A stretch of DNA of 59,964 nucleotides from Campylobacteraceae bacterium (GTDB lineage Bacteria; Campylobacterota; Campylobacteria; Campylobacterales; Campylobacteraceae), in NCBI GenBank assembly GCA_031255525.1, contig JAIRSJ010000095.1:1-59964 (forward strand), read 5' to 3'. Positions within the stretch are counted from its first letter, which is position 1. Every line of letters begins with the position of its first letter. The notes under the pieces were generated by a model. That model saw nothing but the letters and a program-made list of their open reading frames with translations, made no database searches and was not told the origin of the DNA. The position numbers were made by a program, and so were the translations under genes. This document shows, piece after piece, positions 48,923 to 58,391 of the stretch.

Positions 48923-51255
48923 GCGCAACCCCAGCAAAGTTTATTAAATTGACATATTCTGCACATCTTTTTATCTTCTCTTTTATCAAATGCAAACGTA
49001 GTATTTTGCCTCAAAAACCGCAAATGCTCCAAAAGCTTCTCTTTCTTTTTGTCAAAATACATATTTTCTACTATTTCCGCTTTATTCAAATCGTAAAAAG
49101 CAGCTTTCACATCTCCTAAATTTTCACACAAAAGAGAATAAAATTCGAGTTGAAAATCGTTTGATTCCATAGCTTTTTTTTCGGTTATATCTATATCTAT
49201 TTTGCCTGTTTTATAGTCCAAAAGTAGATATTTATCTGCTTTTTTATCTATTCTGTCTATAATGCCTGTTATGTTAAATCCCTCAAATTCACGTTTTTCA
49301 TTTTTTTCTAATGCAAAAATCTCCCATCCATCTTCAAATCTTTGCATCTCAAGAGCAAAAAAATTCTCTAATTTTAATAGCCAAACATCGCTCTCAATCT
49401 CCCAAAGCGCTTTTTTTACTCTTTTTTCCTCAATTAATTTTTTTGCCTCTTTCATTAAATCTGCAAATGTGAAAGAGGGGTTTTTAAAAACATCTCTTAA
49501 TACTTCATGTATCAGCGTTCCCATAGCCCTTGCATCGCATGTATCAGTCGGCATCAAAGCTTCTTTGTAACCCTTTATATACTTTAGATAATATTTTCTT
49601 GAACACTCCAAATAAGTTTTGAGTCTACTTGAAGAGAGTGGTTCGGCAAAAAAATCATGCTCGCAAATAAAATTTTTCTCTATGTTTTTTTTAATACGGT
49701 TTGTTTTAAACAAAATATCTTTATATGATTCTTCGGATATCTCCTCTATACTCATGTGTAAGCTTTTTAAAAATCGCGAAGGTAATTTTTCCTCATTTTC
49801 CACACAGCTTATCGCGACCATTTTTGCATTATTTATAAGTCTGTCATAAAAAAACCGCTGCAAGTTTTCTCTATCTTCAGCAGTGGGAAGATTTGATTTT
49901 AAACGCACCAAAGAGGAGATAAACATATCTTTGCTACTTCTTTTAGGAACAATATCGTCATTAAAATCTACGATAATAACGCCATCATACCTAGCTCCGC
50001 GACTCTCCAATACGCCCATAACTGTTATTTTACCGCCTCTGTAATCATCTATACTTTTTTGCCCCACTCTTTTTAAAAACAGTGTTGCGGCTTGTTCAAA
50101 ATTTAATTCCATGCCGTTTTGCAAAAACTTTTCAAATAAAAAAAGTTCATTTTCAACTATACTTTTCTCTTCTTTGCTATCATCTTCATAAATAAGACTT
50201 TTGAGCCAAAATACGATATCACCAAGACCCGTTTTTTTACGAAAATCCCATAAGTTTTCTTTGCCCAGTCTAAGTCTAAACAGTCTAAAAATATGCTCTA
50301 TCTCATCATCTTTTATAAATTTCAAAACAGCTTGCAATCTTTGGCAATAAGCAAAATATTTCATCTCAAAGCCCATTGCAAAATTCAGATTATTCAATTT
50401 GTCAAGCTCTTTTAAAATAGAAGCGAAACTCTCATCAGGCAGTACGACAGCTATATTTTGAGGTAAAATACCATTTTTTACAAACTCTTCTATCTTTTTA
50501 AATACAAAAGCTGCTTGCAAAACACGCAAAGAGAAAGATTTATAAAAAATTTTTGGCTTTGAGGAGTAAAGATTTTCACTTTTTATCACTTTGCTTTCAT
50601 TTAAATCACACTCTGCAATCGTACCCGGCAATGCGTCAATACCCTCTTTCGCAAGCCATTGGGCTGTTTTTTTATTATATGCTGATATAGGCGTTACAAT
50701 CTCAACTTTGCAGTACTTTTTAATATTTTCCAAAAGTCTTATCTCAAAGCGACTCAAATATCCTTCCAAATGAACTCTTATTTTTTTCAAAGAGGAAACG
50801 TAGGATATATTTAATTCGGCAAGTTTGGGTAAAGTTATCTTATCAAACAACCCTTTTTGTTCAAGCAATATGCAATATCGCCTCAAAAGCTCTTTTAATA
50901 TCGCAACATGTTCGCTAAACTCGGCATAAGTATCATTCAAGTCAAGCTCATCTAATTCAACCTCTTCATTTGCAAGTTCTTCAAAAAGACGAAAAATATA
51001 GTTTGAATTTTGCAAAAAAGCCATGAATTCTTTTGGAATATGAAGTTTATCAAAGTTGGAAAACGCTGAAGCTTCGCGCATTAAAAGTGCTCTTGTATCA
51101 TCGTCGGCTTGCACGGCATTGGGCACAATCCAAGCTTTTGACTCAAGTTCGGCTATGGTAATAGCTTTTATCAAGAGTTGATTATTACCTAAAAATGATT
51201 CGTAAAATCCTCTAACTTGCCTTGTGGTAGAAAAAACCTCTGTCATAAACTCCAC
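48919..51255 (-). CDS. addB: AddB-like nuclease subunit with Fe-S cysteines
   Basis: 778 aa. Nuclease motif GIIDRIDK...LLLDYKTGK, plus Cys in YLECSRKYY and the C-terminal CRICQFNKLC (CxxCx5C) typical of AddB iron-staple domains. Confidence 0.8.
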   Translation of the reverse strand: MEFMTEVFSTTRQVRGFYESFLGNNQLLIKAITIAELESKAWIVPNAVQADDDTRALLMREASAFSNFDKLHIPKEFMAFLQNSNYIFRLFEELANEEVELDELDLNDTYAEFSEHVAILKELLRRYCILLEQKGLFDKITLPKLAELNISYVSSLKKIRVHLEGYLSRFEIRLLENIKKYCKVEIVTPISAYNKKTAQWLAKEGIDALPGTIAECDLNESKVIKSENLYSSKPKIFYKSFSLRVLQAAFVFKKIEEFVKNGILPQNIAVVLPDESFASILKELDKLNNLNFAMGFEMKYFAYCQRLQAVLKFIKDDEIEHIFRLFRLRLGKENLWDFRKKTGLGDIVFWLKSLIYEDDSKEEKSIVENELFLFEKFLQNGMELNFEQAATLFLKRVGQKSIDDYRGGKITVMGVLESRGARYDGVIIVDFNDDIVPKRSSKDMFISSLVRLKSNLPTAEDRENLQRFFYDRLINNAKMVAISCVENEEKLPSRFLKSLHMSIEEISEESYKDILFKTNRIKKNIEKNFICEHDFFAEPLSSSRLKTYLECSRKYYLKYIKGYKEALMPTDTCDARAMGTLIHEVLRDVFKNPSFTFADLMKEAKKLIEEKRVKKALWEIESDVWLLKLENFFALEMQRFEDGWEIFALEKNEKREFEGFNITGIIDRIDKKADKYLLLDYKTGKIDIDITEKKAMESNDFQLEFYSLLCENLGDVKAAFYDLNKAEIVENMYFDKKKEKLLEHLRFLRQNTTFAFDKREDKKMCRICQFNKLCWGCA

Positions 51256-51593
51256 TTTTGTTTTAATAACGGTTATTTTAACTACTTAGATTTGTTTTGG
51301 GCTTAAATACGCTTTTTTAAAAAAACGACTTGCGGTTGCAATTTTTAAGCATACATCAACATTGGTGATTTTTATTTCGCTTGCAACAAATTGTCGCTTT
51401 ATTTATTTTTAACGTCTGCATCAAAAGACAATAAAGCAGATATTTAGATCATCAGGATTGAAATTAAAATAAGCACTCTTACTGATAAAAAACAGGCAGG
51501 TTTTTGCCATTAATTAATAGTGCTATAACCGAATATATCAATTAAAAATACTCATGATTGGTTCGGCTCTTACTATACGTCTGTTCGCGTAAA

Positions 51594-52109
51594 TTACTTA
51601 TGCGTAGTATTGGTTTCGTACGTAAAAAATCCGACATCTTCACCGATTGTTATTTTAGTCTGAAACTGCCATCGTCCGATCTTTTCTATAGTAATAGGAG
51701 AAAAAAACCATTCGCATTTGTCAATCTCGGAACCTGTAAGATTTTGATTGTATAAGTTTGTCTCGGGTCTTGTTAAAAGTAATTGTATATCGGCATCTAA
51801 ATCACATTCGCTCTGTTCTCTGTCATTTAGAGTAATTTTTATATTATTATTTTCCCCTACATGCAAAATATCATCAGACCCATTGTTAACCTCAAAAAAT
51901 ACCTTATATTTTTTTTCAAAATTCTCTTGCAAGGCTTTTATCTTATCATAGTTTTTATCTACTTCTTGATAATTTTGCAAATAGAAAGTATCCATCTCGA
52001 CAGGGTTTTTTAAAGCCTCTATAATAGTATAAACGCAAGCTAACGCTATTAGTCCCAAACTAATAAGAATTGCATGCGGCCAATAATTTTTACTTTTTCT
52101 TTTTTGCAT
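51594..52109 (-). CDS. ccoH: FixH/CcoH-family cbb3 oxidase assembly protein
   Basis: 171 aa. N-terminal KNYWPHAILISLGLIALACVY anchor plus a periplasmic domain. Same position as C. jejuni Cj1483c downstream of ccoNOQP. Confidence 0.6.
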   Translation of the reverse strand: MQKRKSKNYWPHAILISLGLIALACVYTIIEALKNPVEMDTFYLQNYQEVDKNYDKIKALQENFEKKYKVFFEVNNGSDDILHVGENNNIKITLNDREQSECDLDADIQLLLTRPETNLYNQNLTGSEIDKCEWFFSPITIEKIGRWQFQTKITIGEDVGFFTYETNTTHK

Positions 52110-52722
52110 AGTAATACCTTATTTTTTTATAAATATAAATGAAAAAAACTGCTACAAATATACTATATATTATAATTCTGACATAATCAAGCGTATCACG
52201 GTTAGTATCTCCTATAGCGCTCTCGAGCTTTAAATTATCACTTTTTGCTATTTGCTCAACAATATCAGCATAGCCATTCAATATAGCGGCTGAAAAATTA
52301 TCCAAATCTTTCTTAACAGCTAAAAGCGGCTTAATTGTGCCGTGATAAGGAACAGGGCTTAGCACTTGGGATTTGTTGAACCTCTTTTCCATGTCTTCGC
52401 TTGAGCTGATAATATCTATTATTTTATCTTCGGTAAGCATTATCAAAAGCACATATGGAGACTTAAGCTTATCGGTAAGTAAATCAGTATACTCTTTGGC
52501 TGAAATATTGCCCGCGGTTTTATTGAGCGATACATAGACACTTACGTCATCTTTCGCAAAAAGTTCTTCGCCCATCTCATTTATCTTATCAACAGCTTTT
52601 TGGCCTATGATGCCATCTTCATTATTGATAACATAATTTTGGGCTTGCAATAAAAACGGAATAAAAAAAAGAAAAGCAGCCGTTAAAAAACGACTGCTTT
52701 TGAAAAAATCGCCTAATTTCAT
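52090..52722 (-). CDS. TPM-domain-like membrane protein of the cbb3 accessory cluster (Cj1484c/CcoZ position)
   Basis: ATG at 52722 (MKLGDFFKSSRFLTAAFLFFIPFLLQA signal/anchor), a central soluble domain and a C-terminal TM segment. The track ORF adds 40 upstream codons that overlap the small ORF. Confidence 0.55.
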   Translation of the reverse strand: MKLGDFFKSSRFLTAAFLFFIPFLLQAQNYVINNEDGIIGQKAVDKINEMGEELFAKDDVSVYVSLNKTAGNISAKEYTDLLTDKLKSPYVLLIMLTEDKIIDIISSSEDMEKRFNKSQVLSPVPYHGTIKPLLAVKKDLDNFSAAILNGYADIVEQIAKSDNLKLESAIGDTNRDTLDYVRIIIYSIFVAVFFIYIYKKIRYYYAKKKK

Positions 52723-52823
52723 CAGACGATAACTAAATGGTTCGGAGTTAAGACAGAGTAAGCCATCAAAACAGCAATTGCTACAAGTACTAATACTATT
52801 AAAGCGCCAACTAATTTTTCCAT
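52722..52823 (-). CDS. 33-aa hydrophobic peptide (not in the ORF track)
   Basis: AAGGAG RBS 7 nt before the ATG at 52823. Encodes MEKLVGALIVLVLVAIAVLMAYSVLTPNHLVIV. Its TGA shares one base with the next gene's ATG. Same slot as the small cj1485c gene. Confidence 0.55.
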   Translation of the reverse strand: MEKLVGALIVLVLVAIAVLMAYSVLTPNHLVIV

Positions 52824-52825
52824 GC

Positions 52826-53041
52826 CTATTCTCCTTTAACAACTCTTAGATTCGCATTGCCAATATCGATGGCTTTAATCTCTTGCGGATCTGTAATCAC
52901 ATAAGGTTTATCAGCAACACTCTTTTGCGCTAATATACCAAAATATGTCAATGCTGCCAAGATTGAAAGCAATAGAACCGTAGCTATTAACATACCTGTG
53001 ATTCCGTGAATGTGAAAAATATGTCTGCTTGTATTTTCCAT
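52826..53041 (-). CDS. 71-aa single-TM protein of the cbb3 accessory cluster (Cj1486c position)
   Basis: AAGGAGAG RBS 6 nt before the ATG at 53041. One TM segment (GMLIATVLLLSILAALTYFGIL). Begins 12 nt after the ccoP stop. Confidence 0.6.
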   Translation of the reverse strand: MENTSRHIFHIHGITGMLIATVLLLSILAALTYFGILAQKSVADKPYVITDPQEIKAIDIGNANLRVVKGE

Positions 53042-53052
53042 TGTTTCTCTCC

Positions 53053-53922
53053 TTAACGACGAAGTGAAAGCACGTATGTGCCCACAGCTCTTTTTTGAAC
53101 ATCAGTTAAACGACCGTCATCAAATGCAGGCATACTTCCGATATAACCGTTTTTGCCTCTATTTAATACGTCCACTACAAATTCAGGCTTACCATAATTT
53201 GTCAAATCGGGAGCGCCGTATCCTTTGCCATCTTCACCGTGGCAAGAGGCGCATACATTCCATGCTTCTTCTTCAATCCCTTTTGTATTCTCATCACCAG
53301 CTGTCAAAGGTTTAGTTTGTGCCAAGTATTTAACCATATAATCTCTGGCTAACTCTATATCTCTTTCGCTTTCAACTAAACCGTCGAGTTTAGGTAACAT
53401 CTCTATAAGATCGTAACCCAAACCTTTAGAGCCGTGTAATACGGAATCAACAACAGAAGTATCTGTTCCCCATTTTGTCAAATCAGCCGCCATTTTGCCA
53501 TCGATACCATCGCCTGTCAACCCATGACACGGAGCACATTGTACCGAGAAAACACTTTCGCCCATATTTCTTAAAGTAGCTTCATCTGCATTTTGCCACT
53601 TCGCTTCAAACTTGGCATTGTGTCCTGCTACCTCTTCATTGTATTCCCCAATTTGCGAATATGCATTTAGCGGATAACCTGCAAACATGTACCAGATAGC
53701 CCAAATACCAAGACCCAAGAAAGAGACAGCCCACCCCAGAGGAAGCGGGTTTTTATACTCTTTAATGCCGTCCCAAGCTCCATCAGATAGCTCGCCGCTA
53801 CTTTTATCACTGGCAATACTTTTAAAATATATTGCGATCGCAATAAGAGTGATGACAAGAGTCGCCGCAGCGCCTGCCAACGCGAGTTCATTGATATTAC
53901 TAAAACCAAAAAGATCGCTCAT
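53053..53922 (-). CDS. ccoP: cbb3-type cytochrome c oxidase subunit P (dihaem)
   Basis: N-terminal TM region and two haem c sites, CAPCHG and CASCHG. 4-nt overlap with ccoQ. Confidence 0.93.
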   Translation of the reverse strand: MSDLFGFSNINELALAGAAATLVITLIAIAIYFKSIASDKSSGELSDGAWDGIKEYKNPLPLGWAVSFLGLGIWAIWYMFAGYPLNAYSQIGEYNEEVAGHNAKFEAKWQNADEATLRNMGESVFSVQCAPCHGLTGDGIDGKMAADLTKWGTDTSVVDSVLHGSKGLGYDLIEMLPKLDGLVESERDIELARDYMVKYLAQTKPLTAGDENTKGIEEEAWNVCASCHGEDGKGYGAPDLTNYGKPEFVVDVLNRGKNGYIGSMPAFDDGRLTDVQKRAVGTYVLSLRR

Positions 53923-54161
53923 TTTGCTCCCCTTTGCTGTTCAATTTTGCTTTTTTTGATAGGCATAGGTTCAATAGGCTTGTTATAGATTTCATCTTCT
54001 AAAGCTATCTTGCCATACTTTTCAAAATTTCTTCTTCCCGTTTTTTCGGATTTGTACAAATGAAAATAGTACCAATAAAGTACAGTTACCAAAAAAACTA
54101 TCAAGAAAAAATACCCATACGCTTGATACTTGATTAACATACCCATTATGTCCATGCTCAT
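53919..54161 (-). CDS. ccoQ: cbb3-type cytochrome c oxidase subunit Q
   Basis: 80 aa with a single TM segment (YGYFFLIVFLVTVLYWYYF), lying between ccoO and ccoP. Confidence 0.8.
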   Translation of the reverse strand: MSMDIMGMLIKYQAYGYFFLIVFLVTVLYWYYFHLYKSEKTGRRNFEKYGKIALEDEIYNKPIEPMPIKKSKIEQQRGAK

Positions 54162-54170
54162 ATCACACCT

Positions 54171-54836
54171 TTACTTTAAACTGTTCAAATAAGCAATTAG
54201 AGCGACAATTTCTAAGACTTCGCCTCTGGCGAATGCATCTTTGACGTCTTGTCCTCTTACGCTATCGACAATTACTTTAGCCTCTTGCATCGCTTGCTCT
54301 TGTGCTTCTTCCCAAGTACCTAACCTTGGAAAGCCTTCCTTGTCATAAGGAGTATCAAACACCGCTTTGACAGTGTAAGCTTCAGCATAAGCAGTCTCCA
54401 AATCGGCAACTTTATTGTATAAGTGTTTATAAGCAGGCATAATTGAACCTTTGACATAGGCGGACGGATCTTTCATGTGATCATCATGCCAATCAGAAGA
54501 TCTTAAATTGCCAACTCTCATCAAATCAGGACCGGTTCTTTTTGAACCCCACAAAAATGGTCTATCATAAGCATACTCGCCGCTTAATGAGTACTTGCCG
54601 TATCTATCTGTTTCAGACTTGAACGGTCGTATCATTTGCGAATGACATCCGTTGCAGTTCTCTTTGACATAGATATTTTTACCTGCAAGCTCAAGTACCG
54701 TATATGGTTTTGCACCTTCTACCGGACGAGCATTTTCAACAAAGCTTGGGAGTATCTCCACAATGCCTGCATACGCGATAACTACAAATAAAACCACTGC
54801 GAAAAAGAAAGGATTTTTTTCTAACCAACTAAACAT
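54171..54836 (-). CDS. ccoO: cbb3-type cytochrome c oxidase subunit O (monohaem)
   Basis: N-terminal anchor, haem site CNGCHSQMIRP, GPDL and RSSDWH blocks. Confidence 0.95.
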   Translation of the reverse strand: MFSWLEKNPFFFAVVLFVVIAYAGIVEILPSFVENARPVEGAKPYTVLELAGKNIYVKENCNGCHSQMIRPFKSETDRYGKYSLSGEYAYDRPFLWGSKRTGPDLMRVGNLRSSDWHDDHMKDPSAYVKGSIMPAYKHLYNKVADLETAYAEAYTVKAVFDTPYDKEGFPRLGTWEEAQEQAMQEAKVIVDSVRGQDVKDAFARGEVLEIVALIAYLNSLK

Positions 54837-54847
54837 AACCGCCTCCT

Positions 54848-56317
54848 TTACGCTGCAACAGGCGTAGCATTTTGAGGTTCTTTCTCAAGTACTTTGCCTG
54901 AATAAATAGTTTTGATGATATTGTAGACGAATAGTAAAAATCCTAGTACATACAATGTTCCGCCTACTGCACGAATTACAAAATATGGGAATAGTTTTGT
55001 AACAGTGTCTATAAACGAATGCTGAAGACTACCAAAATCGTCTGTCGCTCTCCACATCATACCTTGTGAAATACCAGCTATCCACATACTTGCGAAAAAT
55101 AAAACGATACCTGTTGTTTGAATCCAAAATTGTGCTTCCATCAAGCTTTTACTATAAAGCTCTCTTTTTACAAATCTTGGAACCATATGGTAAATTGATG
55201 CCATTGTCATAAATCCTACCCAGCCAAGCGTACCGTCATGAACGTGTCCTGGAACCCAATCTGTGAAGTGTGCTAAAGCGTTTACAGATTTGATAGACAA
55301 AATCGGACCTTCAAGAGTTGAAAACATATAGAATGTCGAAGCTACTATCATAAACTTGATAAGCGGACTTGATTTTAACTGATCCCATTCGCCTTTCATA
55401 GTCAGAAGGATATTCACCGCACTACCCCAAGAAGGTAAAATCAAGACAACAGAAAAGATTGAACCCATCGTTTGCAACCAGTCAGGAACTGCCTGATATA
55501 ACAAATGGTGTCCGCCTGCCCATAGATAAACAAACATTAATCCCCAAAATGCGAATAATGAAAGTTTATATGAGTAAACTGCCTGACCTGCCTCTTTTGG
55601 CAAAAAGTAGTAGAGCTGAGCGATAATGCCAACAGTAAAGACAAATGCAACAGCATTGTGTCCGTACCACCATTGCACCATAGCATCATTTGCTCCCGCA
55701 TACATAGAGACGGAGTGCAATACGCTTCCGTAGCCAGATACAAAATATGTAGGAATGCTCATGTTGTTGAACAAGAAAAGCATAGCTATACCCAAGAACG
55801 TAGCTATGTAATACCAAACAGAGATATAGAGTGACTTTTCACGTCTTATGCCTATAAGTCCGAAGATACTAACTCCCCATAAAACCCAAAAGACAACAAT
55901 TACCAAATCCAAAGGCCACTCTAATTCAGCATACTCTTTTCCTGTAGATATGCCCAAAAATAGGTTTATAACTGCAACTAAGATGAGTAGAAAATATACC
56001 CAAAAGTGCAATTTGCCAATGAATAAAAGAAACGGCGACTCAGCCAATGAGACTTTGAGTACGCGTTGTCCAACGTAGTACCATGTTGCAAAAATACCGC
56101 TCAACATAAATCCAAAGATAACCCCGGAAGTATGCAAAACTCTCAACCTGCCGAATAAACCATATTCGCCAAGTAGATAATTTAGGCTTGGAAAAGCCAT
56201 TTGCAAGGCAATTACAACACCCAAGACCATACCTATAACGCCAAATAATATGGCGGCAAAGGTAAATAGCTTGGCAACCGAATAGTCGTAGTTCAATGCA
56301 TTCGTAGCCTGCATCAA
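54848..56317 (-). CDS. ccoN: cbb3-type cytochrome c oxidase subunit N (catalytic)
   Basis: 489 aa polytopic haem-copper oxidase subunit I. WYGHNAV, WAGGHHL and GHVHDGTLGW histidine-ligand contexts. Confidence 0.96.
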   Translation of the reverse strand: MMQATNALNYDYSVAKLFTFAAILFGVIGMVLGVVIALQMAFPSLNYLLGEYGLFGRLRVLHTSGVIFGFMLSGIFATWYYVGQRVLKVSLAESPFLLFIGKLHFWVYFLLILVAVINLFLGISTGKEYAELEWPLDLVIVVFWVLWGVSIFGLIGIRREKSLYISVWYYIATFLGIAMLFLFNNMSIPTYFVSGYGSVLHSVSMYAGANDAMVQWWYGHNAVAFVFTVGIIAQLYYFLPKEAGQAVYSYKLSLFAFWGLMFVYLWAGGHHLLYQAVPDWLQTMGSIFSVVLILPSWGSAVNILLTMKGEWDQLKSSPLIKFMIVASTFYMFSTLEGPILSIKSVNALAHFTDWVPGHVHDGTLGWVGFMTMASIYHMVPRFVKRELYSKSLMEAQFWIQTTGIVLFFASMWIAGISQGMMWRATDDFGSLQHSFIDTVTKLFPYFVIRAVGGTLYVLGFLLFVYNIIKTIYSGKVLEKEPQNATPVAA

Positions 56318-56484
56318 ATTCCTCCTAAGTAAAGTTTTTATGTCACAAGAATATCACATAATGCTGAGATTATAGTACATTCAAGATACAACCAAGCTTA
56401 ATAAGATTAGCTATCTCTTAAATAAAAAATCAACTTTTTCGTCTTAAGTGATTAGATGATAAATAATATTTATTATTTTGTTTT

Positions 56485-57165
56485 TTATATTGATATTTTA
56501 TATCCTAAAGCAGGTACATTTTTAATAAAATTTTTGTCCGTTTTTTCCCTGATTCTTTTAACAAACGTCCTTATTGCCGCATCCTTTACTTTTTTATTTG
56601 CCCAAACAGAACGTTTAATATCTTCGTGCAAAGCAAATGTTCCAAGATGTCCCACCAAAAAAGAGATGAAAAAAATCTCTTTTTTGGTTAATGCTATGGG
56701 ATTGCCGTCTTTTATCAAAATTTTTTTGTTTTTATCAAACTCATACCCTCTTCCAAGTTCAATAATATTACTTATCGAAAACTTTTGTATGGCTATATTT
56801 GTAAGCAAAGATAGGAGATCGTCCGGATGAATAGGTTTTATGAGATACTTATCCACTCCCACATCTATAGCTTTAAACAACCTCTCTTTTTCACTAAATG
56901 CACTCAAGATTACTATGGCCGTGTCTTTCGATATGGCTTTTATCTCTTTTGCCATCTCCAAACCGTCTTTTATCGGCATTAAAATATCCGTAACTACAAT
57001 ATCAGGTTCAAATTTTTTGAATTTCTTCAAACCCTCACTGCCATCTGCGGCGGTTATGAATTTACCAAATTCATCTTCTATAGCAGCTGCGAGAGATTTT
57101 CTAATATCAACCTCATCTTCCACATATAAAACCGAAAGCTTTTTAAGCAAACTTTGTGTTCCCAT
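56485..57165 (-). CDS. response regulator (receiver + winged helix), Cj1491c position
   Basis: LSVLYVEDE..., DIVVTDILMPIKDG, and a C-terminal wHTH ending ALGYKISI. Confidence 0.8.
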   Translation of the reverse strand: MGTQSLLKKLSVLYVEDEVDIRKSLAAAIEDEFGKFITAADGSEGLKKFKKFEPDIVVTDILMPIKDGLEMAKEIKAISKDTAIVILSAFSEKERLFKAIDVGVDKYLIKPIHPDDLLSLLTNIAIQKFSISNIIELGRGYEFDKNKKILIKDGNPIALTKKEIFFISFLVGHLGTFALHEDIKRSVWANKKVKDAAIRTFVKRIREKTDKNFIKNVPALGYKISI

Positions 57166-57182
57166 AATATTTCCTTTTAATC

Positions 57183-58391
57183 TTATTTGATTGGTATTTT
57201 TATCATGAAAAATGCACCGCCGTTTCTATTCTCAACGGTAATTTCTCCTTGCATACTGTTTTCTATTATTGTTTTTACGATATAAAGCCCAAGCCCTGTT
57301 CCCAAACTTGCATGTTTGGTTGTAAAATACGGCTCAAAAACCTTATCAATGATAGCTTCATCTATGCCTCCGGCGTTGTCTTGTATACATATATGTACAA
57401 ATCCGCTCTCTTTTTTTGCGGATATTGTTATGACATTTTTTTTGGTATTCTTATCTTTGAAGGCGTCTTTTGCATTGTTTATTATATTTAAAATTGCTTG
57501 AGACAATTCATTTTTGTGACCTAAAACATTTATCGTTTTTCTCGCTTTTATCTTTACGTGTATTTTTGCTCTGGAAAGGGAACCTGCCAAAATGGAGATA
57601 ACTTCATCTATCGTATCTTTTATAAAAAATACGTTTTTGCGTTTCTCAAGACTGAAGAAATTTCTGAAATCTTCTATAGTTTGCGACATCCTGTCTATAA
57701 CTTTTTTACCCTGTTCGTACTGCTCTTCCATCTTGTCCAAGTCTTGTTGCGCAAAAGATTTTTTCATACTAAATAAAATTATTCCAAGTTCCGATAAAGG
57801 CTGTCTCCACTGATGAGCAATATTGCCTATCATTTCACCCATTGCCGCAAGACGCGCTTGTTGAAATACCATCTTATCTTTTTCGCGGTTTTTTTCAGCC
57901 TCTTCTTTGACTCTTTTTTCCAAATTTCTATTTAAATCAAGTAATTGTTTGGTCTGTTCTTTGACTCTATTCTCAAGCGTAGCATTCAAATGTTTTAACT
58001 CTTCCTCTTTTCTCGTCAACTCTTCTGTTAAAAGAATATTTTCCGTCACATCATATCTTATGGCAATAAACTCCAAAATATTTCCGCTTTTATCCAAAAT
58101 AGGAAAAATAGTCGTGTTTACATAAAAAGTAGACCCGTCTTTTGCTCTGTTTTTAGCGGTAGTTTTGAATGTCTCTTTTCTTAAGATAGTATTCCAAAGC
58201 AGTTCAAAATTCGCCTTTGGAACATCCGGATGTCTCACTATGTTGTGGTTTTTTCCTATCAGCTCTTCTTGGTTGTAACCGCTTATTTTACAAAACTCTT
58301 CGTTTGCGAAAGTAATAATGCCGTTTATATCTGTTTTTGAGACTATATTGCTTTGCTCTACCGCCATTTTATACTGTCTAAGTTCTTCCAT
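57183..58391 (-). CDS. cytoplasmic PAS-domain sensor histidine kinase, Cj1492c position
   Basis: GGAG RBS plus ATG at 58391. PAS block ITFANEEFCKISGYNQEELIGKNHNIVRHPD, a coiled coil, H-box IAHQWRQPL and G-box GTGLGLYIV. No TM segment. Confidence 0.8.
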   Translation of the reverse strand: MEELRQYKMAVEQSNIVSKTDINGIITFANEEFCKISGYNQEELIGKNHNIVRHPDVPKANFELLWNTILRKETFKTTAKNRAKDGSTFYVNTTIFPILDKSGNILEFIAIRYDVTENILLTEELTRKEEELKHLNATLENRVKEQTKQLLDLNRNLEKRVKEEAEKNREKDKMVFQQARLAAMGEMIGNIAHQWRQPLSELGIILFSMKKSFAQQDLDKMEEQYEQGKKVIDRMSQTIEDFRNFFSLEKRKNVFFIKDTIDEVISILAGSLSRAKIHVKIKARKTINVLGHKNELSQAILNIINNAKDAFKDKNTKKNVITISAKKESGFVHICIQDNAGGIDEAIIDKVFEPYFTTKHASLGTGLGLYIVKTIIENSMQGEITVENRNGGAFFMIKIPIK

